A stretch of DNA of 64,000 bases from Gemmatimonadota bacterium (GCA_039586795.1 JBDHJS010000001.1:128001-192000); one strand, 5' to 3'; positions 1 to 9,255 are shown, numbered from the stretch's first letter. Translations and numbers: made by a program. Notes: a model not told the origin generated them from the sequence alone.

Positions 1-1
1 C

Positions 2-94
2 ACCGTCCTGGTCGCAGGCTCGGCTGTGTTTGGAAAGGGCTCGGTGGCGGATAACATCCAGGCCATAAGGAAGAGCATAGCCGTCGAGGTCTAA
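2..94 (+). CDS. rpe: Ribulose-phosphate 3-epimerase, C-terminal fragment (5' truncated by window edge)
   Basis: Frame 2 reads TVLVAGSAVFGKGSVADNIQAIRKSIAVEV*; VLVAGSAVF is the characteristic C-terminal Rpe motif. Confidence 0.85.
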   Translation, partial: TVLVAGSAVFGKGSVADNIQAIRKSIAVEV

Positions 95-361
95 GGAACA
101 GCCCCTCTCCAGTCAGCGTTTTTACGGTTGAGAGAACAGGGCGGCCGGGCACGCGGCTGCATTCCCGTTTTCAAGCGTAGAGTCCATGAGCGCTCCTCGA
201 GCCTGTTGCTGTACGTATCACTCCGGTCGGTGCGCCGGTACGGCACGGCCTGGACCAGATGGGCGCAGGATGCTCATCTGAGACGCTCTTGAGCCAGGGC
301 GCCGTACCGGCCGCGACCTGAGATCCAGGTTCGCGGCCGGCACGCGTTTGGGGACGAGGTC

Positions 362-469
362 GTAGGACCATCGTCGGGCGCGGCGTGGTCTCAGGAGCTC
401 GAAGAAGGGGTCGTGGTGGTCGTGTTTCCTGACGCGGCAGATCGATACTTGAGTCTGAAGCTATGGTAG
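362..469 (+). pseudogene. Remnant of cysteine synthase (CysK/CysM family) C-terminus
   Basis: Reads VGPSSGAAWSQELEEGVVVVVFPDAADRYLSLKLW*, matching the GxSSGAA...VVxFPDxxxRYLS end of cysteine synthases. In-frame stop at 290-292, no start codon, and no room for a full gene. Abuts the JAMM gene as in cysM-mec-cysO-moeZ-type operons. Confidence 0.7.
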
Positions 470-927
470 CGGTGACGGAGCTAAAACTTAAGCGACAGAT
501 CGTTGAACAACTCGCCCAACATGCCGAGGCGGGATACCCGGAAGAGATATGCGGGGGATTGTTCGGCCGCGTTCAGAACGATGGCGCAGCGGATGTCGTG
601 GAATCAGCGGCCGTGCAAAACGTGAGAGTGGACAATAGACGTCGTCGCTATCTCATCGGACCTGATGATGTGTTACGACTGGAGCAGCATGCCGAAGCGT
701 CTGGTTTGCAGGTCGTCGGCTATTATCACTCCCACCCGGATGCGCCAGCCGAGCCATCCGAGTTCGACCGCGAGCATGCGTGGCCTTGGTATGCGTACTT
801 GATCGTGAGCGTCGAAGCAGGCCGACGGCGCGAGACTCGCGCCTGGCGGTTGGCAGACGATCGAGAGCGGTTCCTCCCGGTTTCGATAGACGTGGAAGAA
901 GAGGTCGACAGCAGGGTAGACAGCTGA
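463..927 (+). CDS. mec: M67/JAMM (Mov34/MPN) metallopeptidase, Mec-like
   Basis: E(x)CG start motif and YHSHPDAPAEPSEFD JAMM zinc motif; start may be GTG 472. Confidence 0.9.
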   Translation: MVAVTELKLKRQIVEQLAQHAEAGYPEEICGGLFGRVQNDGAADVVESAAVQNVRVDNRRRRYLIGPDDVLRLEQHAEASGLQVVGYYHSHPDAPAEPSEFDREHAWPWYAYLIVSVEAGRRRETRAWRLADDRERFLPVSIDVEEEVDSRVDS

Positions 928-2381
928 TGAACGCGATCAGGATATTCGTTCCGACACCACTTCAACAGTACACCGCTGGCGCCGACGCGGTGGAAGTCGA
1001 CGCTGGGACGGTCGAGGAAGCGCTGGCCGAACTGACGTCCCGCCATGCTGAGCTCCGTCAGCACCTATACGGCGAGGACGGGAGCCTGCGGAGTTTCGTC
1101 AACATCTATCTCAACGACGAGGATATCCGCTACCTTGAAGGTGGGGCTGATACCGGCGTCCGGGACGGTGATGAGATCCGGATCATCCCGTCGATCGCCG
1201 GTGGTCTCGTCACCGTATTGGAGGGGACTGTGGAGCTGAGCCAGGACGAGGTACGCCGCTACGCCCGGCATCTGATCATGCCGGAGGTGGGCGCGGAAGG
1301 CCAGAGAAGACTCAAGAGCGCGCGAGTCCTTATGGTCGGCGCCGGGGGCCTCGGCTCGCCGGCCTCGCTCTATCTGGCGGCCGCCGGTGTCGGCACGTTG
1401 GGCCTGGTGGATTTCGACGTCGTGGAGTTCAGCAATCTGCAACGCCAGGTGATCCACGGCACCCGTGATGTTGGCAGGTCGAAGCTCGATTCGGCGCGCG
1501 AGCGACTGATCGACGTCAACCCCGAGATTCGGATCGAGGGTCATGAAGTGCGGCTGTCGTCGGAAAACGCACTGGAGATTCTCAAGGAATACGACGTCGT
1601 GGTCGACGGCACCGACAACTTCCCCACCCGGTATCTCGTGAACGATGCCTGCGCGCTGCTCGGCAAGCCGAATGTCTACGGTTCGATCTTCCGATTCGAG
1701 GGCCAAGTCTCCGTATTCGACGCGAAAGAAGGTCCCTGCTATCGCTGCCTGTTCCGCGAGCCGCCGCCGCCCGGCCTGGTTCCATCGTGCGCGGAAGGCG
1801 GGGTGCTGGGCGTTTTGCCGGGGATCGTCGGTGCACTGCAGGCGAACGAGACGATCAAGCTGATCATCGGTATTGGCGAGCCGCTCCTCGGCCGTCTTCT
1901 GCTGTTCGATGCGTTGCGGCTGCGGTTCCGAGAGTTGAAGCTGCAGAAGGACCCGGATTGTCCGCTGTGCGGCGAAGCGAAGACCATCCACAAGCTGATC
2001 GACTACGAAGAATTCTGCGGCGTGAGGGCGGCTGCGGCTGAAGACCGACGAGTCCAGGGTCAGGTGCCGGCGATTACCGCCGCAGAACTCAAAGCACGCC
2101 TCGATGCCGGAGACACGCTTCAGATCATCGACGTGCGCGAGCCGCACGAGCTCAACATCGCGCGACTGGATGACGTGGTGGCGATCCCGTTGAGGCAACT
2201 GCCCGACCAGGTACGAAACCTGGACGGACGAACTGACACCGTGGTCATCTGTCGCAGCGGCCACCGAAGCGCGTTTGCCACGCTGTTCCTCCTCGATGCC
2301 GGTTTCCAGAGGGTGTACAACTTGACCGGCGGGCTGCTGGCGTGGTCGGATGACGTTGATCCAACGATGGCCAAGTACTGA
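927..2381 (+). CDS. moeB: Fusion of MoaD/ThiS/CysO-type ubiquitin-like sulfur carrier, MoeB/E1 adenylyltransferase and rhodanese (MoeZ-like)
   Basis: ATG 927 overlaps the mec stop (TGATG). Ubl ends IIPSIAGG. E1 has RYARHL, GAGGLG, SNLQRQ, CYRC, PSCAEGG and CPLC. Rhodanese active loop CRSGHRS. Confidence 0.92.
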   Translation: MNAIRIFVPTPLQQYTAGADAVEVDAGTVEEALAELTSRHAELRQHLYGEDGSLRSFVNIYLNDEDIRYLEGGADTGVRDGDEIRIIPSIAGGLVTVLEGTVELSQDEVRRYARHLIMPEVGAEGQRRLKSARVLMVGAGGLGSPASLYLAAAGVGTLGLVDFDVVEFSNLQRQVIHGTRDVGRSKLDSARERLIDVNPEIRIEGHEVRLSSENALEILKEYDVVVDGTDNFPTRYLVNDACALLGKPNVYGSIFRFEGQVSVFDAKEGPCYRCLFREPPPPGLVPSCAEGGVLGVLPGIVGALQANETIKLIIGIGEPLLGRLLLFDALRLRFRELKLQKDPDCPLCGEAKTIHKLIDYEEFCGVRAAAAEDRRVQGQVPAITAAELKARLDAGDTLQIIDVREPHELNIARLDDVVAIPLRQLPDQVRNLDGRTDTVVICRSGHRSAFATLFLLDAGFQRVYNLTGGLLAWSDDVDPTMAKY

Positions 2382-2385
2382 TTAG

Positions 2386-3177
2386 ATGGCCCACAGATAC
2401 TTTCACAACGAGCCGATGGTGTTGGCGCACCGTGGTGCTTCCGCCTACGCGCCGGATCATTCACTGGAAGCAATCGAACTCGCACTTGAGCAGGGTGCCG
2501 ACGCCATCGAGGTCGACGTCCATCTCACCAAAGATGGCCACCCGGTTCTCCACCACGGCGGCGACATGTCAGAGAACACCCAGGCCAGTGGACCGGTCGG
2601 GAGTTTCACCCTGGAGGAGCTACGAGCCCTCGATGCCGGCTACCGTTTCACGCCTGACAACGGCGCGACATTTCCGCATCGGGGAAGAGGACACACGGTC
2701 GTTACTGTGGCCGAGGCGTTGGAGACCTTCCCGACCGTGCGCTTCAACCTCGATATCAAGGAGCGACGCGCTGCCGCTGCGACACGCCAACTAATAGACA
2801 GGTACGACGCGAGCGACCGAGTCTTGCTGGCCGCCTTCTATTCGTGGCAGAGAGCGCCGGCGATCAGCGGCTACGCCGGGCCGCGGAGCATCACCCTAGA
2901 CCAGATGCTGCCGCTGCAACTGCTCCATTGGGTTCGCCTCGACAGGCTCTGGCCGATCCACGTCGATGCGTTTCAACTTCCCGAGGTGCATTGGGGCTTC
3001 CGAGTCGTGACACCGCGCCTCATCACGTCCGCCCACCAGCGAGGGATCCGCGTTCACGTCTGGACCGTCGATGATGAACGAGACATGGAGCGGTTGCTTG
3101 ACTGGGGAGTGGACGGCATCATCACCAACAAGCCTGACACAGCCGTGCAGGCACGTTCTCGTCGCCAGCGCCCCTAA
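2386..3177 (+). CDS. Glycerophosphodiester phosphodiesterase (GDPD)
   Basis: AHRGAS, IEVDV, VHVWTVD and GVDGIITN motifs. Confidence 0.9.
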   Translation: MAHRYFHNEPMVLAHRGASAYAPDHSLEAIELALEQGADAIEVDVHLTKDGHPVLHHGGDMSENTQASGPVGSFTLEELRALDAGYRFTPDNGATFPHRGRGHTVVTVAEALETFPTVRFNLDIKERRAAAATRQLIDRYDASDRVLLAAFYSWQRAPAISGYAGPRSITLDQMLPLQLLHWVRLDRLWPIHVDAFQLPEVHWGFRVVTPRLITSAHQRGIRVHVWTVDDERDMERLLDWGVDGIITNKPDTAVQARSRRQRP

Positions 3178-3194
3178 CGGGAGATAAGACGGTA

Positions 3195-4382
3195 ATGCGG
3201 TACGACCGCTCGGCCGGCACTTTTCTCTTTCGAATAGCTGCCAGCCTCGCACTGTTCGCGCTTATGCCGGGTGATGCCATGAGTCAAAGCGATCGACCCC
3301 GGGCGCGTGACATAGGTGTCGCGCCCGGAATCTTCGAACCTGGCGCTCACAACGCCATCACCGATGTGGCCGGCGTCAGGGTCGGCCACTCAACGGTGTG
3401 GCAGGGCGATTCGGTACGTACCGGCGTCACCATGATTCTGCCCCACGCCGGTGATCTGTTTCATGACCGGGTACCCGCGGCCATTCACACGGCCAACGGT
3501 TTCGGGAAGCTTCTCGGCGTGACCCAGGTTCAGGAGCTGGGAGAGCTGGAAACGCCGATCGCCTTGACCTGTACCCTGTGCGTGTGGACCGTCGCCGACG
3601 CCATGGTCGACTACCTGCTGGCCCGCACCGGAATGGAGAACGTTCGTTCTATCAACCCGGTGGTGGGAGAAACCAACGACGGATTCCTGAACGATATCCG
3701 CAGGCGCGCCGTGCGATCCGAACATGTCGTCACCGCCCTGGAATCGGCGGCAGAGGGGCCAGTGGAGGAAGGTGCGGTTGGAGCGGGAACCGGGACTCGG
3801 GCATTTGGCTGGAAAGGCGGTATCGGGACAAGCTCGCGCACGGTGCCCGACGACCTGGGCGGATGGACGGTCGGAGTCCTGGTTCAGTCCAACTTCGGTG
3901 GCGTTCTGAACATCATGGGGGCTCCGGTCGGGCGTGAGCTGGGCCGATATATTTTCCGGCGTTCCGTGGAACCGGATGCGGAGGGCGGCGTTGAGGATCC
4001 TGGCGACGGCTCGATCATGATCGTCGTCGCCACAGACGCTCCCCTTTCGCCGGGCAACCTGGAACGCCTGGCGAAGCGGGCGATCAACGGGCTCGCGCGC
4101 ACCGGGTCGCCAGGCACCAACGGCAGTGGTGACTACGTCATCGCCTTCTCCACAGCCGAATCAGTGCGTAGAAGAGGGGATGACGAATCGCCGCGGACGA
4201 TAGAAGACCTTCCGAACTCCGCCATGTCCCCGCTGTTCCAGGCCACAGTGGAGGCGACGGAAGAGGCGATCTACAATTCGATGTTCAAGGCGATCACCGT
4301 GCGTGGGCACCGAGGTGAAGCCCAGGCGTTGCCGATTCAGGAGACACTCGACATACTGGAGTCATACGGCATCAGGAGGTAA
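3195..4382 (+). CDS. dmpA: P1 family (S58) aminopeptidase, DmpA-like, with signal peptide
   Basis: NAITDVAGVRVGH, NGFGKL, PVVGETND, GAGTG, KGGIGTSSR, DG/SI autoprocessing site and NGSGD. Confidence 0.9.
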   Translation: MRYDRSAGTFLFRIAASLALFALMPGDAMSQSDRPRARDIGVAPGIFEPGAHNAITDVAGVRVGHSTVWQGDSVRTGVTMILPHAGDLFHDRVPAAIHTANGFGKLLGVTQVQELGELETPIALTCTLCVWTVADAMVDYLLARTGMENVRSINPVVGETNDGFLNDIRRRAVRSEHVVTALESAAEGPVEEGAVGAGTGTRAFGWKGGIGTSSRTVPDDLGGWTVGVLVQSNFGGVLNIMGAPVGRELGRYIFRRSVEPDAEGGVEDPGDGSIMIVVATDAPLSPGNLERLAKRAINGLARTGSPGTNGSGDYVIAFSTAESVRRRGDDESPRTIEDLPNSAMSPLFQATVEATEEAIYNSMFKAITVRGHRGEAQALPIQETLDILESYGIRR

Positions 4383-4387
4383 CCTGT

Positions 4388-4591
4388 ATGGCAGACTACA
4401 AAGGTCAGGAGCGTCGGTCGAATTCCGAGCTTCGCGAGCGATTGGACCAGATCATCGAGCTGGCCCGGAACCTCAACCGCCGAGGGTCCGAGATGTCGCG
4501 CGAGGAGTTGGACGAAGCGCGAATGCGGACGGAGTGGCTGTCGGAGGAGATCTGGGCGGCGGCGGTCTACGGACCGATAGAGCAGAGATGA
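4388..4591 (+). CDS. Small helical hypothetical protein
   Basis: Strong RBS (AGGAGG) upstream of ATG; charged amphipathic 67 aa ORF directly after dmpA. Confidence 0.65.
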   Translation: MADYKGQERRSNSELRERLDQIIELARNLNRRGSEMSREELDEARMRTEWLSEEIWAAAVYGPIEQR

Positions 4592-4594
4592 GGA

Positions 4595-4613
4595 CCGGGC
4601 CGAACCGGCCCGG
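4595..4613. terminator. GC hairpin between convergent operons
   Basis: CCGGGCCG-AAC-CGGCCCGG immediately after the stop; no U-tract. Confidence 0.35.
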
Positions 4614-4738
4614 CCAGACCACCACGAAGCGCGCCGCATAACCCGACGACGCTTCTCTGTGTCTTGAACTGCAAGAGTCTCCGCCCACCCGCAGGGTCAG
4701 CCCACCCTCACAGCCCTGCACACTAAGATCTGAAGAAG

Positions 4739-6421
4739 TTAACCGTCGTGGCCCGGAGCAGCGGCGCTGGCGCTCTGCGATAGCGATACGGCCGACGCCT
4801 CGGGGAGGTGGATCTGCCAGACTCCCGTGACGTCCTCGAGCGAAGCCAGCTGCTCGATAACCGACCGCTGCACGGTACTATCAACCGTCAAGGTGGCCAG
4901 GGCATCGCCGCCGGCTTCGAGGCGCGACTGATGGTACTCGGCGATGTTGATGCCTGCGTCGCCCAACACGCTACCTACTCTGCCGATGACGCCGGGGACG
5001 TCACGGTTGCTGAGTACGATGATGTTGCCGCGTGGTTGGATATCGACACGATAATCCCCGATGCGTGTAACCCTCGGGTGGTTCTCGGAGAGCAACACAC
5101 CCGCGACGCTGAGCGAGTCGTCCGGCGTACGGAGCCGGAGCTCGATGCGCTCTTCATCCCCCGCACCAGATCCTATCCACGCCGGTGTTACCCTCACACC
5201 GCGATCCGACGCAACGTGGAGCGCGTTGACCATCGTGAGCGGAACATCAACGATATCGCACAACAGACCTTGCGCCGCGGCGGCAGTGACGGCGGGCAAC
5301 GCTTCCTCATGTTCGCCGCCATAGCGGACCTGTAGTGACTTGAAGCTTCCCCTGGCAAGACCGCACAACAGCCGCGCCAGTCGGTGCGCGAGATTGAGCA
5401 GGGGCGCGATGTCGGCGTGGCTCCCGAAAGTCATCTCCGGAACGTTGACGGCAGCACGTAACCTCGCGGCGAGCAAGGCATCACGAACGGCTTCGCAAAT
5501 TTCGACGGCGACGCTGGTCTGCGCTTCGCGGGTGGCAGCACCGATATGCGGAACGGCGACGACGTTGTACAACTGGAGAAGCGGGTTGTCCTCCGACGGC
5601 GGCTCTTGTTCGTACACATCGAGTGCAGCGCCGGCGAGTTGTCCAGACTGCAGCGCTTCTGCCAATGCCGCTTCGTCGACGACGCCTCCTCTTGCGGCGT
5701 TGACCAAGTAGGCTGACGGCTTCATGAGGGCGAATTCTTCGGCGCCAATCATCCCGTGGGTTTCGTCCGTGAGCGGCGTGTGTACCGAGACGACGTCGGC
5801 GGTCTCGAGCAGATCGGGCAGAGTGACCAGCTCCATTCCAACCTGCTCGGCGCGCTCGCGTGAGAGGTACGGGTCGTAGGCGATGACGCGCATGCCGAAA
5901 GCTCTGGCGCGCTTCGCGACCTCGGAACCGATTCGCCCGGCGCCGGCAAGGCCCAACGTCTTACCGTAGAGCTCGATACCCTTGAATTTGCTTCTCTTCC
6001 ATTCACCGCGGGCCACTGAGGCATCGGCCTGCGGAATGCTGCGGACCATGGCAAGGATCAGAGCCAGAGTGTGCTCGGCGACGGAGATAACGTTTCCGCC
6101 TGGTGCATTCAGCACGATGATGCCTCGGCGCGTGGCGTAATCGACATCGATATTATCAACGCCAACGCCCGCACGACCGATGACCTTGAGTCGATCGGCA
6201 TGCTCGAGGATCTCGGCGGTCAAGCGTGTCCGACTTCGCACGATCACAGCATCATAATCGCCAATGATCGTCTTCAGCTCGGCCGGTTCGATATCGGTTT
6301 GCGCGTCGAGCTCGATGCGGTCGCTGTCCTCGAGCTTCGCTACGCCTTCGCTGGCGATCTCATCCGCCAGCAACACTTTGAACAGTTCTTGTCCCTCTGC
6401 CATCATCATCTTTGGTCGCAC
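4739..6421 (-). CDS. serA: D-3-phosphoglycerate dehydrogenase (with ASB and ACT domains)
   Basis: GRAGVGVDNID, GAGRIG, NAARGG, AALDVY, PHIGA and C-terminal NRDVPGVIG ACT domain; true start may be an ATG ~12 nt downstream. Confidence 0.93.
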   Translation of the reverse strand: MRPKMMMAEGQELFKVLLADEIASEGVAKLEDSDRIELDAQTDIEPAELKTIIGDYDAVIVRSRTRLTAEILEHADRLKVIGRAGVGVDNIDVDYATRRGIIVLNAPGGNVISVAEHTLALILAMVRSIPQADASVARGEWKRSKFKGIELYGKTLGLAGAGRIGSEVAKRARAFGMRVIAYDPYLSRERAEQVGMELVTLPDLLETADVVSVHTPLTDETHGMIGAEEFALMKPSAYLVNAARGGVVDEAALAEALQSGQLAGAALDVYEQEPPSEDNPLLQLYNVVAVPHIGAATREAQTSVAVEICEAVRDALLAARLRAAVNVPEMTFGSHADIAPLLNLAHRLARLLCGLARGSFKSLQVRYGGEHEEALPAVTAAAAQGLLCDIVDVPLTMVNALHVASDRGVRVTPAWIGSGAGDEERIELRLRTPDDSLSVAGVLLSENHPRVTRIGDYRVDIQPRGNIIVLSNRDVPGVIGRVGSVLGDAGINIAEYHQSRLEAGGDALATLTVDSTVQRSVIEQLASLEDVTGVWQIHLPEASAVSLSQSASAAAPGHDG

Positions 6422-6472
6422 TCCCCCTGTATTCCCGGACCCGTGACCCCCTACAAACTCGAGAACTGACCC

Positions 6473-7579
6473 TCAGTTCCCCAACAAGACTTCAGTCAGA
6501 TTCTCGAGTAGCTCTTCAAGCTCGTCCAACGTGTGGTCACCCATGTGGCCGATCCTGAACGTCGATTCACGCAGCTTACCGTATCCCGAGGCGATCGTGA
6601 AGCCGCGTTCGGCCATCTGCCGCGTGATCTCGACGCCGCTCCTGCCATCCGGAACACGTATGCAGGTAACGCTGGGCGAGCGTCGTCCTTCTGCCGCCAA
6701 CACGGAGACGTCGAGGCCGTGCTGATCGTTCAGCTCGTCCACCCAGCGCCAGGTCCGCTCTGCCATCGCCCGGTGACGCGCCCAGCGCGACTCGAGACCT
6801 TCGGAAGCGATTCGCTCCAATTGAGCGTCCAGAGCGAAGATCAGAGACGATGCCGGAGTATTCGGTGTCTGGTTCTTCTCCACCGCGGCCTCGAACGCTT
6901 CGAAGCTGAAATAGATTCCGCGGTCGGCCATTTCGCGCGAACGATCGAGCGCCCTCAGAGACGCCGCGCCAAAGGCGAGGCCGGGCGGCAGAGCCATGCC
7001 CTTCTGGGATCCGGTGAGGGCGAAGTCGAGCCCCCAATCGTCGGTCTCGACACGAGCCGCTCCGATCGATGTAACACAGTCCACCAGCACGAGGGTGTTC
7101 GGCGATATTTCCCGCACGGCGCTGGCGATATTATCGATCGGATTCAGCACGCCGGTTGACGTCTCGGAGTGCACCACGGTGATCGCGTCGTAATCTCCTG
7201 AGGAAAGAGCCTCCCTGAACGAAGCGGGCTCGTTCGTCTGGCCCATGTCCACATCGACTCGATCCGCATGCTTGCCACAGGCGACGGCAATCTTGTGGAA
7301 CCGTTCGCTGAACGCGCCGCACACGAGACTTAGCACGCGCCGCTGGACACAATTGCGAATCGCCGCTTCCATCAACCCGGTGGCCGACGACGTCGAGACG
7401 TAGACCGGTCGTTCGGTACGGAACAGCTCACGAAGCCTGGGCTGCACGCGCTCCATGAGCGCTTCCATCTCCGGGCCGCGGTGTCCAATGACCGGCCGAT
7501 CCATCGCCCGCAACACCTCAGGCCGCACTTCCGTGGGGCCCGGCAGAAAATACTTGCCGTAATCGCTCAATTCAGTCAA
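6473..7579 (-). CDS. Class V PLP aminotransferase (alanine-glyoxylate/serine-pyruvate family), probable phosphoserine aminotransferase role with serA
   Basis: FLPGPT, HSETSTG, VDCVTS, TGSQKG (PLP Lys) and FRIGHMG. Start uncertain (TTG 7579 or 7570); the ORF extension to 7642 runs through a terminator. Confidence 0.88.
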   Translation of the reverse strand: MTELSDYGKYFLPGPTEVRPEVLRAMDRPVIGHRGPEMEALMERVQPRLRELFRTERPVYVSTSSATGLMEAAIRNCVQRRVLSLVCGAFSERFHKIAVACGKHADRVDVDMGQTNEPASFREALSSGDYDAITVVHSETSTGVLNPIDNIASAVREISPNTLVLVDCVTSIGAARVETDDWGLDFALTGSQKGMALPPGLAFGAASLRALDRSREMADRGIYFSFEAFEAAVEKNQTPNTPASSLIFALDAQLERIASEGLESRWARHRAMAERTWRWVDELNDQHGLDVSVLAAEGRRSPSVTCIRVPDGRSGVEITRQMAERGFTIASGYGKLRESTFRIGHMGDHTLDELEELLENLTEVLLGN

Positions 7580-7591
7580 AGGTGCTTGGTC

Positions 7592-7632
7592 AAAAAAAAA
7601 GAAAAGACGAACGGCACTCGCATGACGTTCGC
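7592..7632 (-). terminator. Intrinsic terminator in the 5' leader of the aminotransferase-serA operon
   Basis: Minus strand GCGAACGTCAT-GCGA-GTGCCGTTCGT stem with GNRA loop, followed by CTTTTCTTTTTTTTT. Confidence 0.65.
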
Positions 7633-7721
7633 TACGCGACAAACCAAAGCTGCCTTGCCTGCTTCAACTTCCCTTCGGAGTTCCAGGGTCCGGTTCCCTT
7701 TACCCCCCGCTCGAATCCCCT

Positions 7722-7751
7722 AGATTATCGCTCGTTTCCGATACAATGCAA
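7722..7751 (-). promoter_or_regulatory. Candidate sigma70 promoter for the leader/aminotransferase-serA transcript
   Basis: Minus strand TTGCAT-N18-TAATCT. Confidence 0.45.
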
Positions 7752-8519
7752 CCCATGAGCAGGAAGACACGGCAACAAATGAGTAAGCAGAGAAAGCCCT
7801 CCGCCTCAGCACACCAGAAATGCCCCGGTTGCGGTGCGAAGTACGATGCGAATGACCGATTCTGCCGGGAGTGCGGGACACCCCTGCAGGGTTCGGCGAA
7901 GCCGAACGGACGACCACGGGGACTGACGGGCCTACGGGCGTTTGGGCTAGCGGCGATCGCGTTGGCCGTGGTCTACGCATTCATCTATTTCGGCGGCAAA
8001 GAAGAGAGCCGACCGCAATCGCAGCGGATCGATTTCGGCGATATCGGCGCGAGCGGTGGAGCCACTTCAGCACTCTCGGAGCGCGGCTCGGCGGATCAGC
8101 TGTTCAACCAGGCGATGTACGCCTACGAGACCGGTGACGAAGCGGGGGCTGCACAGTTCATCCCGAGTTCGCTGGCCGCGTATCGGGGCCTCGATACGAT
8201 CGACCTTGACGGGCGATACCACATTGCGCTTCTGGAGCTGGCGGCAGGCCGTCCCGAACTGGCCGTAGCACAAGCGGACACAATCCTTGCGGAAGCACCG
8301 GATCACCTGCTCGGGCTGGTCGTGACGGCGCGAGCCTATGAGGCGTTGGGTCAGGAGCGTCGGGCGATTGAGTACTATCAGCGATTCCTTGCCGCGTACA
8401 CGCCTGACGCGGCAGCCACGCGAACCGAGTATTTAGACCACTCGGGAGCGCTCCCGTCGCGGCGCGATCATGCGCGACGTTATTTGGAGGAAAGAGGCAT
8501 CAGTCCGGAGGGTCAGTGA
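7746..8519 (+). CDS. Zinc-ribbon / single TM / TPR-like membrane protein
   Basis: CPGCG...FCRECG zinc ribbon, one hydrophobic helix, TPR-like helical C-terminus; start may be ATG 7756-7780 region. Confidence 0.75.
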   Translation: MQPMSRKTRQQMSKQRKPSASAHQKCPGCGAKYDANDRFCRECGTPLQGSAKPNGRPRGLTGLRAFGLAAIALAVVYAFIYFGGKEESRPQSQRIDFGDIGASGGATSALSERGSADQLFNQAMYAYETGDEAGAAQFIPSSLAAYRGLDTIDLDGRYHIALLELAAGRPELAVAQADTILAEAPDHLLGLVVTARAYEALGQERRAIEYYQRFLAAYTPDAAATRTEYLDHSGALPSRRDHARRYLEERGISPEGQ

Positions 8520-8953
8520 TGAAGTCACACACGGCGTACAAGATGTTCGAAACAACAAACCAGCAGGAGATCATCCATATCACGCCCTGGGTTTCCGAGG
8601 AGCTGCAGAGCAGTGGGATCCGAGAAGGGCTGTGCCTGGTGAGCGCCATGCACATCACCGCGTCCGTGTTCGTCAACGACAACGAATCGGGCCTTCATCA
8701 AGACATCCTCGATTGGCTGGAAGGCGACTTGGCGCCCTGGGGGGCACACCCCGGCCGAAAAGACGACTACTTACACAACAGGACCGGAGAAGACAACGGC
8801 GCGGCCCACCTTCGCAACCTGACGATAGGTCACGAGGTAGTGGTCCCCGTGACGAATGGAGATCTCGATCTCGGACCCTGGCAACGGATCTTCTACGGCG
8901 AGTGGGACGGCAGGCGGCCAAAGAGGGTCGTGATAAAGATCATCGGCGAATGA
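8516..8953 (+). CDS. yjbQ: YjbQ/UPF0047 family protein
   Basis: [30 protein letters not shown]. Confidence 0.92.
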   Translation: MMKSHTAYKMFETTNQQEIIHITPWVSEELQSSGIREGLCLVSAMHITASVFVNDNESGLHQDILDWLEGDLAPWGAHPGRKDDYLHNRTGEDNGAAHLRNLTIGHEVVVPVTNGDLDLGPWQRIFYGEWDGRRPKRVVIKIIGE

Positions 8954-9015
8954 GCAGCGTCGAAGCGTTTTGCGGACTTTCCCGAAGCGACTGTCTGCCC
9001 TAGATTTGCGTCGCG

Positions 9016-9255
9016 ATGATGAGAGACCGGCTCAACCCACGGATGGTAGCGATCCGCGACTGGCTGTACCCGCAGGAGATCAGTCCGGGCCATCGCGTCC
9101 GCTGTCAGTTGCCGGGTTGCCACGCCGTGCTCGGGCGTAGCGGCCACCATCTGCGGTTTCGCTCGCTTCGGCGAAGCGACTCTGCACTGCCACCCGAGTG
9201 GGTAGGCTGGCACTGCAGTCGCTGCGGTCATCTGAACGTTTACTGCCCGATCTAG
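9016..9255 (+). CDS. Small putative zinc-ribbon protein (Com-like pattern)
   Basis: RVRCQLPGCHAVLGR...CSRCGHLN; fills the gap between yjbQ and the S9 peptidase; weak RBS. Confidence 0.45.
   Translation: MMRDRLNPRMVAIRDWLYPQEISPGHRVRCQLPGCHAVLGRSGHHLRFRSLRRSDSALPPEWVGWHCSRCGHLNVYCPI

Noticed and set aside
780..926. N-terminal extension of the MoeB ORF in the ORF track
   Set aside because: It overlaps mec in another frame; ATG 927 gives a clean Ubl start with stop/start coupling.
7640..7720. tRNA or SRP RNA (TCGAATCCCC on +; AAGCAGGCAAGGCAG on -)
   Set aside because: No cloverleaf or GTTCGA T-loop, and the SRP CAGG/GNRA/AGCA core is not formed.
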